Shown here in pieces: positions 25,741-35,135 of a DNA stretch of 64,000 nt (positions are counted from its first letter, which is position 1; the number at the start of each line of letters is the position of its first letter). The DNA is from Lytechinus pictus (taxonomy: Eukaryota), in NCBI RefSeq assembly GCF_037042905.1, contig NC_087251.1:46750001-46814000 (forward strand). Reading direction: 5' to 3'. The notes beneath the pieces were generated by a model. It was not told the origin of the DNA. It did not search any database and was given only the letters and a program-made list of their open reading frames with translations. Both the position numbers and the translations under genes were made by a program.

Positions 25741-26558
25741 TAAAATATATTTCCGCAGCTCCCTATTTATCTTTCTCCATCAACATCAATTTACATTTGT
25801 CTATATTTATCTCTCTTTAGCTTTTAATAATCTCTCCTTTTCCACTTTCAATAACCTTTTTTTAATCTTTATTTTTTTATGACAGCATAACAAACAATAA
25901 CTATTCTCCCTTTTTATGGTGAGATTATTTCTTCGACAAATTTCTCCGTAGGCAATCTCTTCCAATATACTGATGCAAATTTAGGTGTCTTTCGAATTCT
26001 ATAATCATATTTTTGTTAACATTCGATTTGTGGTCATCACATGTTGCGTTGTTAGCCTCAAACTGCGAGCTGTATTGTGGAGACTGGCACACTGGTCACT
26101 TTGGTCCCACATGCCCATAGTGGTGTACTCTTCTATCTACCTGAAACAAGCCAACTAGTTCTGGCGGGAAAGCCTCCGCTCCCTCAAGCTCAAGCAGGAT
26201 ATAACTACTTCAGCTGCTTTACTCCAACCTACTTGTAGAAAGGCTCTACTCTACTGCCCTTGAAGCAAGATTCTGTCAGAATTAGACCAAATTTAGAGGT
26301 ACCTTAGGCTCATCTAGACTTGATTCAACTTCAAATTTGAACCTGGAAAATTGAAGCAAGCGACTTGAGCAAGACAATAATTTAGACTTTAGAGGTAACA
26401 TCTGTCTGTGCATTACTGGTGCGTTCTCATGTCACCCTGTTGCTGTACTCCCAATCTATCCAACCCTATCAAAGCCTGAAATTACATACCCCTCCCCCTC
26501 TACCTGAGAATTAATTGTAAGACTATTAGCAAGTGCTCGACCTTTAACATTACTGAAA

Positions 26559-29168
26559 ATGGATCATTGCAAGGCTGCTTCCAAGGCTACTCACAGCAAT
26601 GGTGAAAAGGAAGTTACGCTTACCTTCAGTCGTGAAGCTTTCTTCTCTTTTAGAGAAATTATCCTTCTCTGTCTAGATGATCCGCAAATAAGAAAGTCAA
26701 AAAATCTTGCCTTCGTGAAGCCAAAGAAAGGGCAAAATCCAGATGAAGAGTGTATTTCTGTATTCTTGAAATCAAAATCTGGAAAGAAAACTAGTCAGAA
26801 AGAATTTGCCATAGAATTACATGAACCTTCTCTCCAAATTTCGATCGCTGGGATACGAATAAGGTTATTCGTAGATATAGTCCTCCCAGTAATGTTGAAG
26901 AAAGTAGAAGATATGCCTATTGGCCCACTATCGTCTGCACTATCAAAATTTGTCAAAGAAGAAATTCCTGAAGTGATTGGAGTTAGCATCAAATGCCCGC
27001 CATCTATATACAATGGTCCGTGTCGATGTGATGACTCTGACAAAGGAACTCTGTGCCCGACATGCTTAGACCATGCATGCCAAGATACTATTGAATGCTG
27101 CGAATGTAATAACTGGTATCATTTCTCATGCACACATCTCCTTGCGGAGGAGCTGGAAGACATGATTGCTAATGACGAACATCCATACGCCTGTTTGTTG
27201 TGCAAGAATAGAAACCTGGGATGCAAAGATTCTGAAGTTGAGGAGTCTGACCTTGAGAAAGATGACCCCATGACCTGTCCTGTGTGCCTTAAAAATGCAT
27301 CTGTAGACTCCCTTCAATGCCAGCTATGTGAATGCTGTTACCACATTAACTGTATCACACATGATCCTGCTCGGTCAAGTAAAGAAGATGATGAGTCATT
27401 CCTATGCATCTCATGCACCACACTAGGAGCTGGGGCAGCCCCTACCTCTCAGTATTCCGAGTCTCAGGAATTTTGTACTCCAATGCTGCATTCTCCCCCT
27501 TCTTCAACGAATATTGGTCAAACGAATTCCCTGCAGACTTCGCCTCATAGTCCGGACGTCTCCTGCAGGCAACATGAGATATCGCCCTCGGGCATCACTG
27601 TCCAATCCACTTGCACGGCTGATAAAGTTATTCAGACAGATGATCATTTCAATGCCTGTAACTCATGTGTCAAGAAGGTGGGTGAAATAAGCAAGCTAAA
27701 ATGTGAACTCAGATCTAGGGCAGCATCTAATGACTTACTGTTGGCTGAAAATGAAAAGATGTGCGGAGAACTTCGGCACCTCCAAGCTGTAACCAAAACC
27801 ACACAAGAAGAACAAAGCAACCAGTCAAGAATGCTTAAAAATAAAGAACATGAATTAATGCTCTCTCAATCCAGAGTACTAAAACTGGAAAATGAAATCA
27901 GGTACATCACTTTGGACAGTGACTATCTCTATGCCCTATGTCTAAAAAATGGTCTTGAGATAAGTCGCCCTTCCTCGCATGCAAACAAGTCTGGTCAGAG
28001 AAAGAATGAAGAGGTTAAACAGAAAAACAAAGCTGTAAATGCCAATCTTAATAGCATGCATGCCTACTCTTTACAAACTAGCAATAGGTTTGCACCCCTT
28101 GTCACAGTTGAATCTGATGTACATGTAGTACATGAGGAAGGAAACGTTAGCCAGCGACGAATGGAAAATGATTGCCCTGGAGCAAGACAACGTAATCCCT
28201 CCTTGTCACCAGGTCAGATGTCTTACAAGAAAACTTCTACTCGTACAACTGCAAGTAATGCACAGCATGCCCCTGTCAGGCAATATGAAGAGAGACCTAA
28301 GCTTTCTCCCACCAGACATAGGCCTCGCCTCCCACAACCTTCGTGGCTGCCAAAAGAAAATGAGCCTATGACAGTCTCAAGTCGTACATTTTACCCAAAG
28401 AATGGTGCTCAAGCACCCAATGGTAACAAATCGCCATTCAGTTCTCTTTCAGGACAAGAGAATTTCCCACCATGTCCAGAATACTCAGACGTCCACCAGG
28501 AAACAACTCAATCACAAACTGTCCATCCTGACATATGGTCGCTCAACGAGTTCCCATCCTTAAAGGCAAACAAAGATCCTGCAGTTAAGCAAGGTGTAGC
28601 AGATCAGAGTGCCAAAGATACGCCATTGCACCTGGCCCAAATACAGCAGCAACAACAAATGAATGCTGTGCCCCCACTAGTATCCACTAGTCACATGTCT
28701 TCTGGAATCGCAACCTCTGGTAATGTCTTTAACAACCAAGGCAAAAAAGAGCACATCCATGATCCTCCAGAGCCCTCGCAACATCAACAGCAGTGTGGCC
28801 GACAAACACCTCATGCACAAAACCAGCGTTCGTTTAGACCAACTTACCCTGCAAAATCTGAACATACCAATGCCTCAAGTGTTCAATCCCAGCAAAGAAA
28901 CTTGTTGATGACCAACGATCCAAACAAGGCCCACTCTCCGAAGCAGGTTTTTCTTCCGGGCCGAGCCTCAACAGCAACACATTTAACAATGCTGGAATCA
29001 GCACACCATTTTCTCTTGAGCGCATCCCAGCTTCTGGCAATACCAAGTGTAATGAATCATCCTCCATCACTACAAATGATTGTCAGCCACCACCAGCAGA
29101 TCTTAAATCTAACACAGTCCAGCCTCAACCTCCTACTTCCTCGGCAGCCTCCAAGCCAGTTTTATTAG
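26559..29168 (+). CDS. LINE ORF1: two PHD-type zinc fingers, coiled coil, Q/P/S-rich tail
   Basis: 869-aa ORF; C4HC3 patterns CPTC...CCECNNWYHFSC...CLLC and CPVC...CQLCECCYHINC...CISC; heptad region; SNRF.PL motif common in LINE ORF1 proteins. Confidence 0.9.
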   Translation: MDHCKAASKATHSNGEKEVTLTFSREAFFSFREIILLCLDDPQIRKSKNLAFVKPKKGQNPDEECISVFLKSKSGKKTSQKEFAIELHEPSLQISIAGIRIRLFVDIVLPVMLKKVEDMPIGPLSSALSKFVKEEIPEVIGVSIKCPPSIYNGPCRCDDSDKGTLCPTCLDHACQDTIECCECNNWYHFSCTHLLAEELEDMIANDEHPYACLLCKNRNLGCKDSEVEESDLEKDDPMTCPVCLKNASVDSLQCQLCECCYHINCITHDPARSSKEDDESFLCISCTTLGAGAAPTSQYSESQEFCTPMLHSPPSSTNIGQTNSLQTSPHSPDVSCRQHEISPSGITVQSTCTADKVIQTDDHFNACNSCVKKVGEISKLKCELRSRAASNDLLLAENEKMCGELRHLQAVTKTTQEEQSNQSRMLKNKEHELMLSQSRVLKLENEIRYITLDSDYLYALCLKNGLEISRPSSHANKSGQRKNEEVKQKNKAVNANLNSMHAYSLQTSNRFAPLVTVESDVHVVHEEGNVSQRRMENDCPGARQRNPSLSPGQMSYKKTSTRTTASNAQHAPVRQYEERPKLSPTRHRPRLPQPSWLPKENEPMTVSSRTFYPKNGAQAPNGNKSPFSSLSGQENFPPCPEYSDVHQETTQSQTVHPDIWSLNEFPSLKANKDPAVKQGVADQSAKDTPLHLAQIQQQQQMNAVPPLVSTSHMSSGIATSGNVFNNQGKKEHIHDPPEPSQHQQQCGRQTPHAQNQRSFRPTYPAKSEHTNASSVQSQQRNLLMTNDPNKAHSPKQVFLPGRASTATHLTMLESAHHFLLSASQLLAIPSVMNHPPSLQMIVSHHQQILNLTQSSLNLLLPRQPPSQFY

Positions 29169-29206
29169 GAACCTTCAATACCAGAGGGTTCAGAAGCGCA
29201 GAACTT

Positions 29207-32200
29207 ATGCTGAAGCATATTTTATTAGACATTGATTTACTGTGCATACAGGAGCATTGGCTCCATGACCACAATTTGGATTTACTTAATACACCAACTT
29301 CAGAACACTATGTTCTTTCTAAATCTTCTGAGTACTTGTCAAATATGAACATTGTACATGGCGGAAGAGGGAAAGGAGGCGTAGCTCTGTATCTCCGCAA
29401 AAGTTTGATTACATCATACACTGAAATAGTATGTCAGTCACCGAGACTTATAGCAGCCAATGCCTACCTTGCATCTTCGAATGAAAGAATACTCCTAATT
29501 AACTGCTACCTTCCGAGTGGCACCTCATCCGCTGATCTCACTGAGTACCAGGCCTGTCTAGCAATCATCACGCACTTACTAGACACTTATGTGCACCAGG
29601 CAAATAATCTAACCACTGTAGTGATTGCTGGAGATTTTAATGCCGACACAGTACATCAGAACAATAAAAAGACACTAGGATATCTAAGATCTTTCATGAA
29701 CTCTGTTGTTTTCCTGAGTGCCACAGAGGAGCACTGTACATCTGAACAGTTTACCTTTCAATCAGATGATGGGAAGAAGAGGTCAAACATTGATGGATTC
29801 CTGATACCTTCATCTGCGCTATCACGATTTGGAGTTGTATCTATAAAGGAGGATGACCCTCTGAATACATCCGACCACTTTCCAGTCACCATCACATGGG
29901 ATCCTTGTACCCCTCAGTCCTCTCTTAAGGAGGAAAAGAAATCGCCAAGCTCTTCCCCTCACAAATCGGAGAAAGTTTCCAGAATAAAAATAAAATGGGA
30001 TCAAGTTGATCACAATACTCTCCAGGAACTCTACACAGTACCTTTGGAAGAGATAGCAATGGATCTATTTACCAACATAGGTGACTGTGAAATTCTTGGT
30101 AAAGAGGCTGAAGCAATCCTGTTGTCTCTCTCCCAAGCAATGGTTCAGCAGTCAAAAAATCTCCCTCACACTAAACCTTGCCAAAAACGTCTCGGTAAAG
30201 CAGAATGGACAACGGAAGTTGCTGAAGCATATTCTGAAGCAAATCATGCATGGAAACGCTGGAAAGACAATGGAAAGCCCATAGGAGTATCTCTGCATGA
30301 TGTCTACCTCCAGTTGAAGAAAGTATTCAGACAAAGATTGAGACAGGCACGTGCCGTAGAACACCGTAGGCTCCTGTCCAGCATCGAATCTGCATCAACT
30401 GGAAACTCAAGGCTATTCTACCAGCTGATCAAGAGGCAACGAACCAACATCACAAAACGTCAAACAGAAGTGCTTGAGTACCAAGGCTGCACATACGAGA
30501 AAGGTGATGTAGCTGCTGGTTGGAAGTGCTACTTCACAGATTTGGCTCAACCTACACTGAATGCCGAAATCTCTCAAATAACAATTCATGATAAATTTGA
30601 ACCTAATGAGGTTGTCCCAATGGTACAGGAATCAGCCCTCATTACCTCTCATGAGCTTGATGTAGCCATCGCCAGCCTCAAGAAAGGGAAAGCTAGTGGA
30701 CCTGATGATATCAGCCCAGAACACATCAAATATCTCGGTGCAACTGCAAGGCGTCTTATACTTCTAGTCTTCAACTCCTTCTTGGTATCGTCTTTTACCC
30801 CTCAAAGTCTGAAGAATGGACTTGTTCTTCCTTTACACAAAGGAAAAGGCAAAGATGTGAAAGACCCAAGAAACTATCGTGGAATAACCCTGACTTCTAC
30901 CTTGTGCAAATTGATTGAACTTGCCCTTAAACCAAGGATCCAGCGCTCCCTTGAAGAAAACAATATTCCAGATGAACTCCAGTTTGGTTTCCAAAAACAT
31001 CACTCCTGCATCCTGACCTCATGTTGTCTTGAACTCATAATTGAACTTAATTCTGCAAACAAAACCCCCACTTTTGTTGCACTCCTAGATGCTGAGAAAG
31101 CTTTTGACAAAGTTTGGCATCAGGGTCTTTTCCATAAGCTAGGGGCCACAAACATCCATCCTGTACATCTTAATATGATCCAGTCTCTGTACAAAGATCT
31201 TCAGAGTCAAGTCCTTTGGAATGATGTAGCAAGTGAGCCCTTTCCAATCTATCAAGGAGTAAGGCAAGGGGGAGTTTTATCTCCACTCCTCTACATTACA
31301 TTCATTGATGCACTCATCAAACGTCTACGCAGCAGGAATCTTGGCTGTAATCTACTAGGTCGATATTCTGGTCTTGTAGTCCTTGCTGATGATGTAGCCC
31401 TTCTAAGTAATTCACCAAGTGAACTACAATCTATGCTTGATGTCACAAACAACTATACAAAAGAATGGAAATACAGAATCAATCCATCCAAAAGCTGCAT
31501 CATTGCCTTCAATGATAGTAAACATACCTCACAGCAATATGCCTGGCATCTGGGAGAGGACCCAGTGCAAACTGCACAAATGCATCCTCATCTTGGCATT
31601 ATAAAAACTAGCACAAGGAGAGATCCAACTGAGGACATGATTGCAAAAGGTCTCAAAACCTTTTATGCTCTCACTGGAGCTGGTGCATATACAGGTGGCC
31701 TCCTACCACAACACTGCGCAACATTATGGAGAGTGTACTGTATCCCCCGCATGCTCTTTGGAGCCGCGGTCATTAACTTTACAAAGGGTATGTTAAAGAG
31801 ACTCAACCAGTCACAGCTTCAACTTTTCAAGCAGATTCTTGGCCTACCGAAGTCTGCAGCTGATGAATCGGTACACCTTTTGACTGGACTAATACCTATC
31901 AGTGCGCAAGTGGACGTTGTGAAGCTTCAGTTGATAGGACAGTTACTTGACCTCCCTCACGAACGCTTCGAATATCGCACCTTTCTTCATGCCCTCTCCA
32001 AGCAAACGGTTACAATCAGAGCCTGGCAAACTATCCTTTTGAAGTATAACCTACCAGATCTTCAGTCACTTACACTGGACCCAATTCCTTACTGCCAATG
32101 GAAGAAAACAGTAAAAATGGCAGTAAACAATGTGGTCATACTTGAAACCATGGAGGCAATCCAAGCAAAGAAAACGCTCTCATTCTGGACCTCCATCAAC

Positions 32201-32632
32201 ATGCGGAACCCCTACCACTTGTATCCCCGCTGTGGCAGCTCGAGATTTCTCAGGCAAGCAGTAATTGTCAGAGCACAGCTACTAAGCCAGACATATCCAG
32301 TGCAAACAAGACTTGTTAAAATAAAGAAGACCACAATAGTCGAATGCAGGCTCTGCAAGAAAGAAGCAGAAGATATTGTCCACTTTATAGCAACATGTGT
32401 TCACCTAGACACTCATAGACAAGAATTCTGCAATAAGCTTAGAAGTAAACGCCTGCCAGATGAAATCTACTCCCTCTATGATACAACCAAAGGAGATACA
32501 TTCACAAGAGCGGTGTTACTCCCATGCTCTCTTTACCTCACCTCCCAACATAATGATGTGCTTATTTCGCTTACATTGACTTTCCTTTATAAACTCCATA
32601 TTAGCCGTATTACATCTCTTTCCTCTCTGTAA
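29207..32632 (+). CDS. LINE ORF2: AP endonuclease + reverse transcriptase + C-terminal CCHC (frame is open from 28862)
   Basis: IQEHWL, AGDFNA, SDHFPV (APE); YRGITL, QFGF, LDAEKAFDKV, GVRQGGVLSP, LADD (RT); CRLC...HFIATC. Confidence 0.97.
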   Translation: MLKHILLDIDLLCIQEHWLHDHNLDLLNTPTSEHYVLSKSSEYLSNMNIVHGGRGKGGVALYLRKSLITSYTEIVCQSPRLIAANAYLASSNERILLINCYLPSGTSSADLTEYQACLAIITHLLDTYVHQANNLTTVVIAGDFNADTVHQNNKKTLGYLRSFMNSVVFLSATEEHCTSEQFTFQSDDGKKRSNIDGFLIPSSALSRFGVVSIKEDDPLNTSDHFPVTITWDPCTPQSSLKEEKKSPSSSPHKSEKVSRIKIKWDQVDHNTLQELYTVPLEEIAMDLFTNIGDCEILGKEAEAILLSLSQAMVQQSKNLPHTKPCQKRLGKAEWTTEVAEAYSEANHAWKRWKDNGKPIGVSLHDVYLQLKKVFRQRLRQARAVEHRRLLSSIESASTGNSRLFYQLIKRQRTNITKRQTEVLEYQGCTYEKGDVAAGWKCYFTDLAQPTLNAEISQITIHDKFEPNEVVPMVQESALITSHELDVAIASLKKGKASGPDDISPEHIKYLGATARRLILLVFNSFLVSSFTPQSLKNGLVLPLHKGKGKDVKDPRNYRGITLTSTLCKLIELALKPRIQRSLEENNIPDELQFGFQKHHSCILTSCCLELIIELNSANKTPTFVALLDAEKAFDKVWHQGLFHKLGATNIHPVHLNMIQSLYKDLQSQVLWNDVASEPFPIYQGVRQGGVLSPLLYITFIDALIKRLRSRNLGCNLLGRYSGLVVLADDVALLSNSPSELQSMLDVTNNYTKEWKYRINPSKSCIIAFNDSKHTSQQYAWHLGEDPVQTAQMHPHLGIIKTSTRRDPTEDMIAKGLKTFYALTGAGAYTGGLLPQHCATLWRVYCIPRMLFGAAVINFTKGMLKRLNQSQLQLFKQILGLPKSAADESVHLLTGLIPISAQVDVVKLQLIGQLLDLPHERFEYRTFLHALSKQTVTIRAWQTILLKYNLPDLQSLTLDPIPYCQWKKTVKMAVNNVVILETMEAIQAKKTLSFWTSINMRNPYHLYPRCGSSRFLRQAVIVRAQLLSQTYPVQTRLVKIKKTTIVECRLCKKEAEDIVHFIATCVHLDTHRQEFCNKLRSKRLPDEIYSLYDTTKGDTFTRAVLLPCSLYLTSQHNDVLISLTLTFLYKLHISRITSLSSL

Positions 32633-33446
32633 TCATTAACTGCTGATGGACATTCTTTATGCAGCACCTTGCTGTTGATCTCCGATATAAGCGGAGGAAG
32701 AAGAAGAAGAAGAAGAAGAAGATTATATTTTTATTGATTTTGTTGAACAATATGTAATTTAGCAGTAACGTATTCGCTTAGTTATTCTTTCATGAAATAA
32801 AAATAACCGCTGCTACTAATTTGTACATCGACCCATGCAGAATACAATAAATGAACGTACTTCAAGGTGTCTATCATTATAATTGCCTCTTTAAACGGAA
32901 GTTAGCATCAAAACAATGTCCACAAGAAAAATATACCAAGCAGAATTTTAAAGCTACACATCTGGGTATTTCTCAAAATAGATTTCGAGATGGGCTTAAA
33001 ATCAATAACTATTAGAGGACTATTAATGAACAGCAGTCAGAAGGGATAGTCTATTAATAATGACAAAGGGCAAACTACGCAAGAGGAATAATCTGAAGTA
33101 CCTAACAACGCATCTTTTTATCACACCTTGCAGACCAAAAGAAATCGAATCCAGGATTGGTTTACCAGGGAGTAAGGAGTAGCTCCCTGTGTCCACTCCC
33201 TACTCCAGCATGTTCCCATTTGTGTCCGGGTTTCATAGTCCGTATGTGAGCTTGACTTATGAATATAACTGTCAATTACCCTCTCTTCATATTTTCTCAA
33301 ATCGATACCGTCTTGTCGTTAAAGTGTCAACTGAAATTTCGTCCCCTCTTTTTTCTAGGGTCTCTTTTTTTATATGCCTAAAGTAAAAGTAGGTGCTGAG
33401 GTATATGAAATAACTGATAACGCTATGTCTCTATGAACAGAATATA

Positions 33447-33570
33447 ATGGTGATAATGATGAAGATGATGGTGATGATATTGATGATGGTGGTGGTTATG
33501 GTGATAATAATGATGATGAGTGTGACGGTGATGATACAGATGGTGATGGTAATGGCGATGATGATAATAG

Positions 33571-33601
<31 letters not shown>

Positions 33602-33716
33602 AGAGATGATGATGATAAAGATGATGATAATGATGATGATGATGGTGATGATGAAGTCATACCTCCATCATAACGCCTGCCAATATCACCACCACCGCTA
33701 TCATTATCACCATCAC

Positions 33717-33751
<35 letters not shown>

Positions 33752-33845
33752 ACATCATCATCACTATCATCATCATCATCGTCGTCGTCATCTTCTTTCT
33801 CTTCCTCCTCCTCATCATCATCTTCATCACCCCCACCACCACCAA
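33447..33845. repeat. (GAT)n followed by (CAT)n microsatellites
   Basis: Two complementary trinucleotide tracts about 30 nt apart. Confidence 0.95.
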
Positions 33846-34264
33846 AAATTAATTATCATTCTTTTATGCGTTTAGTGCATTTGTAGATCTCGGTTGGATT
33901 AAAAAATCCAAAAAGTAAAATTCCTAGTTTAAATGATTTACAGAAAAACGCTGAGAAACAAATATACCAACGATTAACCTGAACCTTTATGGCTGTGTAT
34001 TTTACTTTTCACAAAGTATTTAGCTCCACAGATTCGTCTATTATTCATTATTCTTCCCGAATGAATTATTAATTCAAAGAGCTTATGCATGCTACTCTAT
34101 TTGGGCATACGGACATCTTTTCCGGTCGACAGTAAACACCTTTAGATACCATCTTGAGACCGAGGCGAATTATCGATCGAAGGACCCAGATCGACATACG
34201 ACGAGCGAGAGAAGTGTTTGCCGATCGGTGCTGCCAGCGGGCGATCCTCAGCACTTGGTATATG

Positions 34265-34279
34265 GTTGCCCCTAGCAAC
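34265..34279. promoter_or_regulatory. RFX X-box
   Basis: GTTGCC-CCT-AGCAAC fits GTTNCC(N0-3)RGYAAC; sits in a CpG-rich island with GTAAACA forkhead sites. Confidence 0.5.
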
Positions 34280-34979
34280 CGCACGCCGGACCGTTATATG
34301 GTAAACAAGTACGTGATGGAAGAAAATGGTAAAGGAAGGCCGCAACACCTTCAAATGGTTGTATCAATTTAGGAAAAAAATCACCTGAATACGTCAGAGA
34401 TATATATAAGCAAAATTTTAAGGAGATTTTGATTTTACGTATAATAATGATAATGACAAATGATTAAATAAAATCAAAATGTAGTCGCTTTTACGAAGAG
34501 CGCCTGCATGACACGAATGGCTGAAGGTCTCATTCTTTTTTCAGTAAAAAGAAGTCATTGGTATGACCACACTGAGGATCGAACCCGCGACCCACATGTT
34601 CATGAGGCAGGCGCCCTTGAAATGAACGACCATGACTTCTATTTCGTCTTGTGGCCTCAATTCCTGAATGAGAAATCTCCATAGCATGCTAAACCTGAAT
34701 AATGTTGGATGGTTGTCTCGTCGTACTTGGACATTGTTAAAATATGACAGAATTTTGTAGGAAAATACAACCACTTGCCCCCTTCCCTCGATTTTTTTTT
34801 CTATTTTGAGGGTTTTACCTTTCTCCCCTTTTCATCATTTTAGTGTCAGTAAGAGCGAAGTGGGCTCCCCTTATATTTTTGGAATGATTTGAATATTTGG
34901 AACATCACATTTTATTGATGGCGATATTGGTGGTATAGTGGTGCCGGTAAAGGTGATTTAAGTTACAGTGGATTTCATG

Positions 34980-35135
34980 GTAACGGTGATGGTGAAGATG
35001 GTGATAATGGTTGTTCCGATAGTGGTGGTGGTGGTTGATGATGATGATGATGATGGTGATGATGAGGATGATGGTAATGATGATGATGGTGATGATGGTG
35101 ATGATGATGATGATAGTGATGATGATGATGATAGC
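34980..35135 (+). repeat. (GAT/GGT)n microsatellite
   Basis: Trinucleotide run. Confidence 0.95.

Larger units (their letters stand above)
26015..32721 (+). mobile_element. Apparently full-length non-LTR retrotransposon (RTEX-like; clade tentative)
   Basis: ~540-nt 5'UTR, ORF1, ORF2, ~65-nt 3'UTR with a stem-loop and (GAA)n tail; candidate TSD ATCATATTTTT (26004-26014) / ATTATATTTTT (32722-32732), one mismatch. Confidence 0.9.

Noticed and set aside
28982..28988. U_UUA_AAC-type slippery site in the ORF1/ORF2 overlap
   Set aside because: The sequence is T_TTA_ACA, one A short of the canonical heptamer
33447..33875. Poly-Met / poly-His ORFs (also 19681-19998, 25419-25820, 34968-35192)
   Set aside because: These are translations of microsatellites with no splice or codon evidence
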